This document shows, in pieces, positions 43,890 through 56,086 of a DNA stretch of 64,000 bases (position 1 is its first letter; the number at the start of each line of letters is the position of its first letter). The translations under genes were made by a program, and so were the position numbers. The stretch comes from Scenedesmus sp. PABB004. Lineage: Eukaryota. Where the stretch lies: positions 2,232,001-2,296,000 of the forward strand of contig JABVCE010000002.1 in the NCBI GenBank assembly GCA_014905635.1. Direction: 5' to 3'. The notes under the pieces were generated by a model that made no database searches, was not told the origin of the DNA, and saw only the letters and a list, made by a program, of their open reading frames with translations.

Positions 43890-46800
43890 TCAGCCGGCCT
43901 CGGTCATCACGCCCGCGCCGACGGGCGCGGGTGCGCCGTTGAGCAGGATCTTGACGCTGCACCCGCCCGCGCTGTCGGCGCCGGTGGACGCGGTCGTGAA
44001 GCCCGCCTTGCACGGCAGGCAGCGGCTGCTGCCGTCGGCCGTCGAATAGGTGCCGAGCGGGCAGTCGAGGCAGGCCTGGGAGCGCGACGCGGGCGTGTAC
44101 TGCCCGGGCGGGCAGGCCATGCACTCGGTCGAGCCCGCCATGTAGCTGAAGCTCCCCGGCGGGCAGTCGACGCAGGTGATGACGCTGTCGGCGGCGTTGC
44201 GCGTGGAGTAGGTCCCCGGCGGGCACTGCGCGCACTTGGTCGCGCCGGTCGAGTTGGTGAAGCTGCCCGGCGGGCACGACGAGCAGCGGCTCGCGCCCTC
44301 GCTGCTGGAGTAGAACCCGATCGCGCACGCCATGCAGGCCTTGGACCCGGGCTTCTCCGTGAAGCTGCCCTTGGGGCAGGGCGCGCACTCGTTGGAGCCC
44401 TTGGTCGCGGCAAAGTAGCCCATCGCGCACGGCGTGCAGCTCGCCTGGCCGTCGCGGTTGGTGTAGTACCCCGGGTTGCAGTCCTCGCACGCGCCCGCGC
44501 CGGGCTTGGGGCCGGCCTTGCCGGGCGGGCACTTCCTGCGCGGCGCCGGGCGCGCGGGCGCCGCGCGTGGGCGGCGGGCGCGCGGGCGGCGGCCGGCCGG
44601 CGGCGGGGCGCCGCCGCGGCCGCGGCCTCGGCGGAGGCGGCCTCGACCGGCCGCACCTGCACGCCGACACGGCGACCGCGCCGTCGATGGGGTTGAACGT
44701 CCCCGTGGGGCAGACCTTGCACTTGGCCGCCGCGCGCGCGTCCTGGTACGTGCCCTTGGTGCACGCCGCGCACGAGGTCTGGCCGTACCGGCTCTGCGAC
44801 GTCCCGCGCGCGCACTCGGTGCAGACCGCCGACTTGGGCGACGCGCTGTAGCTGCCGGGAAGGCACACGGAGCACTGCGACGAGCCTGCAGGGGCGCGAG
44901 GCGGGGGCACGGCGCGTGCGTGAGCGCGGCGCATTCGTGGCGGCGGCATCGCGCCTTTGGCCGGCGGCGGCCCCCCGTGCGCCGCGTGCGCGCAGGGCTT
45001 CCATCCAGCCCGCCGCCGCCGCCGCCCGCGCACGCGCGCACCTTCGCCCGAGCTCGTGCCCGCGGGGCACTCCTGGCAAGAGTCGGAGAGCGCGGCGTCG
45101 CGGAACTTGCCGGCGGGGCAGGCGTTGCACATGTTGCTGCCCGCGGACGAGACCTCGAAGCCGTCGCCGCAGGACATGCACTTGGTCGCGCCCGGCGCGG
45201 AGGCAAAGGTGTTGACCGGGCAGGGCGCGCACTCAAACTGGCCGTCCATGTCCTGGTACGTCCCGACCGAGCACTCGATGCACCCGGCGCTCGTCTTGGC
45301 GCCGATCAGCGCCCCGTACGTGCCGGCGGGGCAGTTCTGCGCCGTCGCGGAGGTCGCCTCGTCGCAGAACACGCCCGGCCCGCACGGCACGCAGTAGTCG
45401 GAGAGGAGGAGGTTGGGGTCCTCCCCAGGCGTCGACACGCCGTCGCCGTTGAGCATCTGCTTGGTGCTGCCGGCGGGGCACGGGTCGGACGCGACGCCGC
45501 GCACGCCCGCGTTCTGCCCCAGCCCGTTGTCGCCGCCGCCGAGGTAGCCCCAGCCCGTGTAGGTGAGCTGCGGCCCCCGGCGGCGGCGGCGGCGAGCGCG
45601 GCGGGTCAGCGCGCGGGGCGGGGAGGCTCAGCGCACGGCTCGGCACGCTGCCGCGGGCGCCCGTGGGGCCGGCCGACAGCCGCCGCCGCATGCGGCGCCG
45701 CACCCCGAGCAGCGTGTTGGTGGGCAGCGCTTTGTCCGCTGGGATTTGGGACTTGTGGCTGGTCGCAAAGATGGTCGTGCTGAACCCGGCGGGGCCGAGG
45801 CTGCCAAACACGCTGTTGGTGAGCTTGCCGTCCTTCGAGCCGAGTCCGGCCAGCACGTTGGGCGCTGCGGGCGCGGCGCGCGTGGGTCTGTCAGTGGGGG
45901 GGCGGACCCGCACGCCCAGTGCCCGCCGCGCCCAGCGGCATGGGCCTGGCCGGCCGGCCGCCGCCCTTGCTCCCCGATCCCCACGCGCGCTGCGCGCGCT
46001 GCGCACGCTGCGTGCGCGCCGCGCGCCGCGCGCAGCGCGCCGCACCGGTGTAGTGCGCTGCGAGCGAGTTGAGCGCCGCGTTGGCGGAGCACATGTTGCC
46101 GTCGCGGCCGAGGTCGCCCATGACGTACATCTGCACGCTGCACTCGGCGGAGACGTTGAAGCCGATGAGCGTCTCCGCGGGCGTCACGGTGCAGGCGTTG
46201 AACATCGGCGAGTACAGCCGCGCGGCGTCGACGTTGGTCGGCTCGGTGAAGGGCCGCACGATCGAGTAGCCGCCCTCGGGCGTGTAGCCGGACGGCAGGC
46301 GCGCCGAGTTGCAGGTGTAGAGGTTTTCGTTCGCGCTGAACCCCTCGCTGCAGTAGGGGCGGCCGTAGAAGCAGGCCATGCAGCGCTGCGCGCCCTCGTG
46401 CCCCGCGTAGCCGTACTGGCACGGCCAGCACGCCTTCTGGCCCATTTGGTCCTGGTAGCTCCCCGCCGCGCAGGGCTGGCAGAGGCTCGCGCCGCTGTTG
46501 GCAAAGCTGCCGCGCAGGCACGCGACGCAGACGTCCGTGCCCGGGTCGCCCGCCGCGTTGATCGCGCCGAGCTTGTACAGGAAGCCGCCGGGGCCGCACG
46601 TGACGTAGGCGTTGGGCGGCTCGGTCGTGTAGGCAAACGCGATCGCCATGTTGGCAAAGCCGCCGCCCGACTTGCGCACCTTCACGTACCCGCCCGCCGG
46701 CGCGATCGCGCACACAAAGTAGCCGGGGCGGCCCGGGATCTCGCGCGGCACGCGGCCGACGAGCGTCGCCGACGCCGCGTCGACGATGCCGTCCTGCGGG

Positions 46801-48102
46801 TTGACGTCAAAGTCGGGCGCGGGGTTGATGTCGAGCAGGGGGCAGAAGTTGTTGGTCGAGCCGGAGAAGGCGGCAAAGTCGGGCATGCTGGGGCCGCCCG
46901 TCTTGGCGATGGCCTGCGATGGGGGGCGCGCGGCGCGCGGCGGGCGGCGGGCGGCGCCGGGGGTGGCGTCAGCGGCGGCGGCGGCGCGGCCGCTGGCGAG
47001 CGCCGCGGCGTCTGCTCGCTGCGGGCACTGCTGCTGCCGGCGCTGCTGCCCACTCGGCTGGCAGCAGGGGCGCACCGTGTAGGCGAGCTCGTTGGCGGTG
47101 TCGCCCTGCGTCTTCCACGCGATCGTCATGCCGTACTGCGTGAACAGCACGGCCGTGAGCACGCTCGCGTCCACGCCCAGCGTCTTCTGCAGCAGCCCCG
47201 CGACGTCTGCGGCAAAGCGCGGGCGCGGCGGCGCGGGTTGGGTCAGGCGCGCAGGCGGGCTCGACGTGCGCGCTGCGGCTCGCCGGCCGCTGCCCCTGCT
47301 GCGGCTGGTGGTGCCGCTGGCGCTGCTCGTGCCGCTGGCGCTGCTCGTGCCGCTGGCGCTGCTCGTGCCGCTGGCGCTGCCCCTGCCTCCTCCTCCGCTC
47401 CTTCTCCAGGCGCCGCGACCGCCGCCGCCGCCGACGCGCGCGCGCGCTGCGCCGCGCTGCGCGCTGCGCCGCGTGCCGCGCGCCGCACCCGACGCGAGCA
47501 GGCGGTTGCCCTTGATGGTGCTCGTGTACTGGCTGGGGCAGCGCATGGGGTCGAGGTAGTAGTAGCCGAGCTTGTTGGTGACGGCGTCATTGATGGCGGC
47601 GATCGAGTCGGTCGCGCGCGGGATGACGGGCGCGCCCGCCTGCGGCTCGCCGACCTGCAGCAGGCTCACGAACGCGTTGGGCGCGAACTTGGGCTTGATG
47701 GTGAGCTTGCACGCGGGCGTGACCTCCAGCGTGAACTGGGGGAGGCACACGCCGACCTCATGGTTCCTGCTGTTGCCGTCCGGGTTGCTCAGCCCGGTGA
47801 GCACGAACTCCGCGGTCACTGCGGCGGCCCGGCGGGCCCGGGGCAGCGTCAGGAGCGGCCTGGGGCGGTGGCACCGGCGCTGCGGCGCCTGGGCGCGCGG
47901 CAGGCAACGGCTTGCGATGAGGCACTACTGCGCGGCAGTCCCGGCGGGGCAGGCCCCCAGCAGCGCCGGCGCGGCTCCCACGAGCTCCATTTGCTGCCTG
48001 CTCCCACTCACGCGGCAAGCAGCTCTGCGCAGCGCCGCCGCTGGCCCCCAGCAGCACCAGGGCGAGGCCGGCCAGCAGGGCTGGCCAGCTCCGCCGCCGC
48101 AT
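43890..48102 (-). CDS. Secreted Cys-rich repeat protein (GCC2/GCC3 ephrin-receptor-like repeats), mastigoneme MST1-like
   Basis: Signal peptide MRRRSWPALLAGLALVLLG; beta-rich N-terminal region ending YTTEPPNAYVTCGPGGFLYK; many CxxCPxGtY repeats; no TM helix. Confidence 0.75.
47310..47380. repeat. 18-nt tandem repeat (GTGCCGCTGGCGCTGCTC) x about 4, intronic
   Basis: Read directly from the sequence. Confidence 0.85.
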
Positions 48103-48218
48103 GGAGCCGGCTGCGCTCCCTACGCGCGCGCCAGTCTGACGATCCTGCGGAGCTCCGGCCCGCACGGCGCGGTCAGGGGCGCCCTGCGCGCTGCGCGGCG
48201 CCTGGCCTGGCAGATGTC

Positions 48219-48524
48219 GGTTGAGCGCTGCGGCCGCGCGCTGGGGGCCCGGAGCGGTCGGCGCGGGCGTCGGACGGCCACGAACGAGTGTGGGGAGCCT
48301 CGTGCGCGCGGCCGGGGCGCTGCGGGGCGGCGCTCGCGGCGGAGCAGCCGGCGGTCGCGGCGTCGGTTTGTGTCCCCGCGCGGCGCGTGGGCGGCGCGGC
48401 GCGCGTGAGAACGGCCCCGGAGGTTCGATCGCGCAAGCAGCGCGCTGCGCAGGCCGGCACGGGGCGGGGGCGCGCCGCCAAGCGCCGGTCCGCGCCGACG
48501 CTGCGGTGGTGGGCGCCGCGCTCG
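48219..48524. repeat. Intergenic repeat family B, copy 1 (inverted relative to 55441-55739)
   Basis: cgggcgtcggacggccacgaacgagtgtggggagcctcgtgcgcgcg...gtttgtgtccccgcgcggcgcgtggg matches the reverse complement of copy 2. Confidence 0.92.
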
Positions 48525-48604
48525 GCGCCGGCCGCGTTGCGTTGTGTTGCGTTACCAGAGCGAGGGGCCACGGCTCAGAGGCCTCGGCAGCGGCGGCGCC
48601 GCGG

Positions 48605-51600
48605 CTACGCCAGCGCGACGCGCACGGCGGCGCCGGCGCCGTGCGACGCGGCCGGCCAGCGCGCCGCGTCCGCCGCGCCCTCCACGCAGCCCACCACGCG
48701 CAGCTCCACGGCGCCGCCGCGCCCCCACTGCGCCTTGCTGCCGCGCACCGACACGCGGGCGCTGCCGCCCGGCGGCAGCACGCCCGCCGCGGGCGCGACC
48801 TCGAGCCAGGTCGGCAGCGCGCAGCCGGGCGCGGGCCCCATCACGGCAAACGCGCACGCGCCCGTGCGGCAGGGGTTTGACACCTCCAGCACGCACGGCT
48901 CGGCCGCGCCCGGCAGCGCCAGCTGCCCGTGCGACACGCGCAGCGTGAGCGCGCCGCCGCCGCCGCCGCCGCCGCCGGCCGCGCCCGCCGCCGCCGCGAG
49001 GCGCCAGAGCGCCGCCAGGCTGGCGCCGCGCCGGGCCTGCTGCTGGTGCCACGGCAGCGTGACGTCGAGCGCCGCGACCACGGGCTTGTGGTCCGAGTCG
49101 TTCACGGCCATCAGGCTCGTGTAGCCGCCCGCGCCGCCGCTCAGGCTCGCCTGCGCGCGCGATCGCCGCCCGGGCGGCGGCGCGTGCGCCGCGCGGCTGA
49201 AGCACCCGCGTCCCCAGCGCGCACACGCGCGCGGCGGCGGCGGCGGCGGCGGCGGCGCGCGCGCGGGCGCGCACCCGCACGTCGCCTGGCGCGGCGCCCG
49301 GGTTTGGCGCGAGCGCGCTGCGCTGCGGCGCGCTGCCTCGGAAGAACACGCGGTCGGTCCACGCCGGCACGCGGCGCTTCTCGCCCTGGTCGTAGTACGG
49401 CTGCAGCGCGTTGGACTCACGGCCCTTCTCAAACTTGTAGGTCGGCAGGAAGGCGATCGGGCCCTCCGCGAGGCCGTGGAACACCGCGCCGCGCGCCGTC
49501 TCGCGCAGGCACTGGTCGCCCGCGAGCAGCGACGGCACGTCGCCCGCCGAGATCTGTGGCCGCGGCGGCGCAGCAACGAGGCGGAAGCGGCGCCGGCGGC
49601 GTCGGCAACGCGGCGGCACCGGCGCGCGGCCCTGCTGTTCCCGCGCCGCGCGCGGCATCACGCCGTGCCGCCGTGCCGCTGCGCGCCGCCGCGCCAACCC
49701 TGGGCGTCTGCGCGCCGCCGCCGCACCTTGGCGTGGACGTACTGGTAGAGCTGCGCCGCCACGGGGTTGCCCTCGGGGTCGGACGTGTCCGGCGCAAAGC
49801 CGGCGGGGGCGTCGATCCGATAGTTGAAGTCGCCCACCCACACGAGCAGCTCCGCGTCGCGCATGCCCGCGCCCCACGCGCCGCCGCCGCCCGCGGGCGC
49901 GCCGCCGCCGGCGGCGTCGAGCCCGGCGCCGACGCTGCCGCCGCCGGGCAGCACGACGTCCGACGACGCCTCGAGCGCGGCGGCCTTGGCCGGCGCGGCG
50001 GAGGGCACGTTGTGGAAGTGGAGGTGGCGGACAATCTTGGCGTAGTCGGCGTTGCGCGCCTCGACCTTGTCCTGCAAGCAGGCGCGGCGCGGGCAGCGCG
50101 GCGCGGCGCGGCGCGCGCATGAACGGCCGGCCGAGAGCTGCGGCGCCCGCGGGCCGCGGCCGCCCGCGGCGCGCCGGCGCGGACACCTGGTGCGCCGCAA
50201 AGTGCGACGACACGACGACGACGCGGCGGCGGAAGATCGTGAAGCTCACGGCGACGCCGCCCTTGTTGCCGCCGACGCCCATCACGCCGCACGCGACCGA
50301 CGCGGTCGCCACCTCGCCGATGTGCGGCTCCAGCTCGGCCCTGCGCGGCAGCGGCGGCGGCGGCGGCAGCGGCGGCGGCGGTGGTGGGCGGCGTGAGAGC
50401 GCGCGCGCTGGGGCGGCGCACGCAGCGCGCAGCGCGCACCGCGCAAACACGAGCACCAGCACGCCGCTCATCTGTCGCAGCGCGACGCGCCGGAAGTCAC
50501 CCGCGCCGCGCAGCACCTCGCCCACGGCGGCCGCCCACGCCTGCGCCGCCTGCGGGTCGACGGCGCGGGCGCCTCCTCAGGCGCGGGCGCCCCAGGGCGG
50601 GGGCCCTCGCGCCGGCGGCTGGCGCCGCGGGCGCACCGCTGTGCCGGCCTCCAGCCGGGCCTTGTGCATGAAGCTGCTCACTGCGTCGCCCATCACGCTC
50701 GTGGTGCCCATCTCAACCTCCTGCGCAGCAAGGTGCCGCGGCGGCGGCCGCCTCACGACGCCGCGCGCGGGCAGCACACGCGGGGCCGCCGGCGAGGCGC
50801 GGCGCGGCGCGCCTGCAGGCCGAGCATGACGAGCTGCGCGTGCCGCGCGCGCTCGGCCAGCCACATCTGCACGCCCGGCCGCGAGGGCTTGGTCTCGTTG
50901 ACGTTCCACGTCCCCACCAGCACCTGGCGGCGGGGGAGGGGGGCGGGGCAGGGAGTGTGCTGGCCCCGGCCAGGCCAAGGGGCTGCCCCGCGTGCGGCGC
51001 GCGCCGCGCCGCGCCGCGCGCCGCACCTGCAGCCGCTGCTCCTGCAGGCAGGCCGGCAGCTCCGCGCGCCACGCGGCGACGACGTCGGGCCGCGGCGCCG
51101 CCGCTGGCCACGCGCGCACGCTGCCGGCCTGGCCCAGCGTGAACACCAGGTGCCCGCCGCCCGCGATGCTGCGCACGGGGAAGACGTGCGCCCGCCAGCT
51201 GCGGCGCAGCGCGCCGCTCGCGCCGTCCAGCACCCACACGTCGCCGCGGCGGTCGCCGACCCACACGTCGCCGCCGACCGCGGCGAGCGCCGTCACCTCG
51301 CCAGGCGCAAAGCCGCCGGCGCCGCCGCCGGCGCCGGCGTCCGAGCTGCTCCAGAGCAGGCGCCCCGCCTCGGAGAAGCGCTCGAGCAGGCCTGCCTTGT
51401 AGGAGACCCACACGCTGCCGTCCGCGGCCGCGGCGACGCGCTTGATGTCGCCCCACGCCTCGGCCTTGTCGCCGCCGCGCCCCCGCGGCGCGGCGGCGCT
51501 GCCGGCCGCGCCGGCCACGCCGCGCGCGGCGCCGGCGCCGAGCCCGCTGCCGAAGGAGCCGCCGCCGCCGTGGTGGGCGTCCAGCTCGCCGCTGCCCGCG

Positions 51601-53906
51601 CCGGCGCGGTCCATCTTTTCAAGTGTGCTCGCCAGCTTGTTGCCCAGCTTGTTGAAGAGCTTGCTGGCCTGACGGCGCGGGCGGGCGCGCAGCGCGCGCC
51701 GTTTGCTGTCGACAGGCAAGGGCCAGCCGGCAGCGCGCTGCCGGCATGCCGCGACGCGGGCATCCAAGCACACACGCCCACGCCCGCGCCCGCGCGCACC
51801 TTCTCCACGCCCTTGACCGCGGTGTTCAGCACCGCCGCCGCCACGTCGGTCTCCTGATCGGCCACCGAGTCGGCCTCGGCCATCTGGGCGCGGCGGCGAC
51901 AGCGGCGGCGGCGACGGCGGCGGCGGCGCCCGGTCAGCCCTGAGATCGGGCCGCGGCGAGGTGCTGCGGGCGCCTCACCCGCGGGGCCCCGCCCCCGCGC
52001 ACACCAGCTCCGCGCAGGGCTCCCTGAACAGCGCCTCAATCCGCCCCGCCGGCAGGCCGGCCGCGGGGCTGAAGTCGGGCGCGGCCGCCGGCGCCGCGCC
52101 GGGCAGGCCGCCGCCGGCGCCGCCGTGCGCTGCCGCGGCGGCGGCGAACGCGGCGTAGGGCAGGTCGGGCTGCGGCTCGTCAGACATCGACCCCAGGTAC
52201 TGGCCGTCTGGCGGGCGGCGGCGCGGCGGGCGGGGCGCGGCGGCGCCGTCAGAGCGGGTGCGCCGCGCGCACACGGGCAGCGGCCGCGCGGCCGCGCGCT
52301 CACTGTACGCGCTCCACAGGCTGATGGTGGACTTGCCCGCCGTCCACAGCAGCCGCCCGCTCGTCGTCACGGCCATGGCGACCACCTTGCGGTGCGGGTT
52401 TGACGGCACGCCGCTGCGCGCGTCGACCTTGCGCAGCTGGCGCAGCTGGCGCGGCGGGCCGGGGTCGGTGAAGGCGGCGGGGCTGCCGTAGCTCCAGAGC
52501 TTGACCGCGCCGTTGGCAGAGCCTGCGCGGCGCGGCGCGTGCGCGTGTGCGCGCCGCCGGGTGGCGCGCCCGGGCCGCGCGCCGCCCCGTGACGCACCCG
52601 TGAAGAGCCGGCCAGCGGGGCTGACAGCGAGGGCCTTGATCTTGCCGTTGTGCGCCAGCCAGCTGTGCAGCAGCCGCGCGACGCCGCCGTCGTCGTCCAG
52701 GGACCAGCAGTGCACGACGCCGTCGCTCGTGCCCGCCCACAGCCGGGCCGGCCCCGGCGCGAGGGCGAGGCACGTCACCCGGCTCGCCTTGCCGGCGCCG
52801 CCGCCGGGCGGGCCGCCAAAGCCGGCGTCGAAGCCCCCGACCGGGTGAGGCGCCAGCTCAGCTGCGGCCGCCGAGTCGTGGTCCTCGCTCGCGCACGGCC
52901 GCCCCGCGCCGCGCGGCAGCGTGCCGCCGCCCTCGCTCGGGGTCCACTGCAGCAGCTGCCCCGCGTCGCCCGCGGGCCCCGCGAACAGGCTGCCCAGCCC
53001 CGCCGCGAGCAGCTTGAGCGGCGCCGCAGCCTTGGGGTTGAGCGGCGGCAGCCGGATCTGCGCGTTGAGCTCCTGCACCGCCGCGTCCTGGCCGCCGCTG
53101 ACCGCGCCCTTGGGCGCCGCGCCCACGTTGCCGCAGCTCGCGTAGCTGCTGCCCAGGCCGGCGCCCCCGCCGCCGCCGCTGGCGAAGCTGCTGCCGGCCG
53201 GCGAGGGCGGCGCAGACAGCTGCACGCCCGCGAGCTGCTGCTGCAGCTGCCGGGCGCCCGGCGGCGGCGGCGCGGCCCGCGCCGGCACCGGCGCAGGCGG
53301 CGCCGGCCGCGCCGGCACCGGCGCGGGCGGCGCCGGCCGGCTCGGGCCCGGCAGCCCCGCGTGCAGCGGCCCCCGGCCCGACGGGTCGGGCGGCGGCGCG
53401 CGGCTCGGCCGCAGCGCCGCCGGCTGCTCTCCGCCCAGCTGCAGCGCTGCGTCGTACGCCGGCGGCGGCGGCAGCGCGCTCGCTGCGTCGTAGGCCGGCG
53501 GCGGCGGCCCGGGCGCGCCACCGCCGCCCCCGCCCATCAGGCTCTCGTAGCTCGGCGGCGGCGGCGGCGCGCTGCTGGCGCCGCCGTCGGCGGCCGCGCT
53601 GAACAGGCCGAACGGGTCATCGTCGGCCGCCGCGCCGCCGCCCAGAGCGCCGAAGGGGTTGGCGCCCGCCGCCGCCGGCGCGGGGGGCCGCGGCGGCGCC
53701 GGCGCGGCGCGCGCGGGCCGCAGGCCGCCAGGGCTGGGGGCCTTGGGCGCCGCCGGCTGCTGCGGCGGCGCGCCAAAGGGGTCCCAGCCCCCGTCCTGCG
53801 GCGCGCGCAGCAGCGGGACGCACGGCACGGTCGCCGTGCGGCGCGGCGGCAGCGCAGCAGCTATTCAGGTGCGCACCCGTCCCACCTGCTCGAAGGGGTT
53901 GCTCAT
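48605..53906 (-). CDS. Type II inositol polyphosphate 5-phosphatase (Pro-rich N-terminus, WD40-like repeats, IPPc domain, Ig/MSP-like tail)
   Basis: VGTWNVNE, GVGGNKGGVAV, SSHFAAHQ, WVGDFNYRID, PTYKF, RVPAWTDRVFFR, SDHKPV; WD-like LWAGTSDGVVHCW and WLAHNGKIKAL. Confidence 0.92.
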
Positions 53907-54268
53907 GGGCCCGCCTCAGCCCCACATCCACGCGCCGGCGGGCCGGGCGCTGGCACGCGCCGCTGCTCCGGCGGCGCCGCGGTCGGCGCAGGCGCGCCGG
54001 CGTGCTGCCAGGCGATGCTGCGCAGCTGCTCGATGATCGGCGCCTGGGCGTGTGCGCGACGCGGCACACAACGCCGTGGCGGCGCGGCGGGTCAGCCGAC
54101 CGAACCGCTGTCGCCCCGGGCCGACAAGCACCCCGCGCCCCGCCGCAGCGTGCAGTCGATCGCCCGACGTCCCATCAGCACGTCCCCGCTTGCAGGACGC
54201 CCGCCGGCAGCCGCCCAACCGCCGCCGCTGCTGGGCACCGCGCCGCGGCGCTGCCGCGCGCCGACGCG

Positions 54269-55430
54269 ATGCAGGAGCAGGCGGCAGCAGCAGCACCAGC
54301 ACCACCAGCAGCAGCACCAACACCACCAGCACCAGCAGCACCAGCAGCACCAGCAGCACCAGCAGCACCAGCAGACCTGCTGGCGCGCGACGCGGCGGCG
54401 GCCAACGCGATCAGCGCCTGGCTAGCGCGCCGCGACGCGCCGTCGCTGGCCGCCGCCGCCGCGGGCGCCGACCTGGTCGTGCTGTGCGGCAGCTCTGTGC
54501 TGGCGACCGCCTACGTCGCGGCGCGCGCGCTGCGTGAGGGCCTCGCGCCGCGGCTGCTCATCAGCGGCGGCTTCGGGCACTCCACAGCGCACCTCTACGA
54601 GTCGGTGCGCCGCCACCCGCGCTGGTCGGCGCGCGTCGACACGGCGGAGGGCCGCACCGAGGCGGCGGTCCTGCGCGACCTGCTGCTCGCGCTCGGTGTC
54701 GAGCTCGGGCAGCTGCTGCCGCTGGAGATCGAATCGCGCAATTGTGGCGGCAATGCCCAGTGCAGCCGGGAGCTGGTCGAGCGCCTCGGGCTGACGCCGG
54801 CGCGCGTGCTCGTGGTGCAGGTGACCGCGGCGCGGCGCCCGCCGCCTGGCGCGGGGCGGGCTGTGCGTGCTCCGCGCAGCACCGCGACGCGCCGCCACGC
54901 CGCGCCGCGCCGCGCCGCGCCGCACTGCGCCGTGCCGTGCCGCGCCGCACCGCGCCGCGCCGTGCCACGCCACCACACCACGCCGCGCCGCACCGCCGCC
55001 GCGGCAGGACCCCACGATGCAGCTGCGCACGCACGCGAGCTTTACCAACCGCTGGCCGCGCCTCGCGGCCAGCGGCGGCATCGTGAGCTTCGCCCCGCTG
55101 GTGCCGCGGCTGCGCGTCGCGGGCGGCGGCGCTGAGCTGGAGTACGAGCCGCAGTCGGTCAGCAGCGAGCCGCCCGCGCCGCCGGCGGCGCCAGAGGAAG
55201 CGGCGGGCGGCGGCGGCGGCGCGGCGGCGAGCCTGAGCGACGCGCAGGGCGTGTGGCAGCTGGAGCGCTTCCTGGGCCTGCTGCTCGGCGAGGTGCCGCG
55301 GCTGCGCGACGCGCCCGGCGGCTACGGGCCGCGCGGCGCCGGCTTCATCGACCGCGTGGACGTGCCGCTCGAGGTCGAGGCCGCGCACGCCTGGCTGGCG
55401 GCGCGCTACCCGGGCCTGCTGCGCGCGTGA
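54269..55430 (+). CDS. YdcF-like DUF218 protein, 2 exons
   Basis: LLISGGFGHSTAHLY, SRNCGGNA, VVQ|DPTMQLRTHASF, LLLGEVPRLRDAPGGYGPRGAGFI. Confidence 0.9.
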
Positions 55431-55432
55431 GG

Positions 55433-55437
55433 TGTAA
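55433..55437 (+). promoter_or_regulatory. Putative TGTAA polyadenylation signal
   Basis: TGTAA just after the DUF218 stop and just before repeat B copy 2. Confidence 0.45.
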
Positions 55438-55440
55438 ACG

Positions 55441-55739
55441 CGAGCGCGGCGCCCACCACCGCAGCGTCGGCGCCGGCGCGGACCAGCGCTTGGCGGCGCG
55501 CCCCCGCCCCGTGCCGGCCTGCACGGCCCGCAGCGTGCGTGATCGACCCGACGGGTCCGTTCTCATGCGCGCCGCGCCGCCCACGCGCCGCGCGGGGACA
55601 CAAACCGACGCCGCGACCGCCGGCTGCCACGCCGCGAGTGCCGCGCCGCAGCGCCCCGTCCGCGCGCACGAGGCTCCCCACACTCGTTCGTGGCCGTCCG
55701 ACGCCCGCTCAGACCGCAGTCGCGGCGCAGCGCTTCACC
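55441..55739. repeat. Intergenic repeat family B, copy 2
   Basis: Reverse complement of 48219-48524 with substitutions and small indels. Confidence 0.92.
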
Positions 55740-56086
55740 ACGCCCTGCGCCGCGCGCCGCCGCGGCGCACGCCGCCAACTCGGCGATCGCCGCCCGCGCC
55801 GCAGTCTTGTCCCAGCCACTCCGTCGCGCCTCCCGTGCCCACAACCGCCCTCGCCTCCGCCCACGCGCCCGCCACGCGCCGACGTCGCCGCGAATGCAGG
55901 CGCGGCTCTGCCGCCCCGCTGCTCTGCCCCTCCTTTCTCCCAGCCCCCGGGGGCTGCGGGAGGGGCCCCTCCCCCACTGCCGCCGCCGCCGCCGCCGCCG
56001 CCGCCGCGCAGGCGCGCGTCGCCGCGCCCGCCCCGCCCACCGCTGCCCCACGCGCGCGCGCGCCGCGCCGCGCCGCGCTGCGCCCG

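Noticed and set aside
47310..47380. Short tandem repeats (also 4880-4940, 10597-10650, 15347-15421, 34332-34376, 39421-39480) as possible CRISPR-like arrays
   Set aside because: Head-to-tail repeats with no unique spacers and no cas genes; ordinary slippage repeats.
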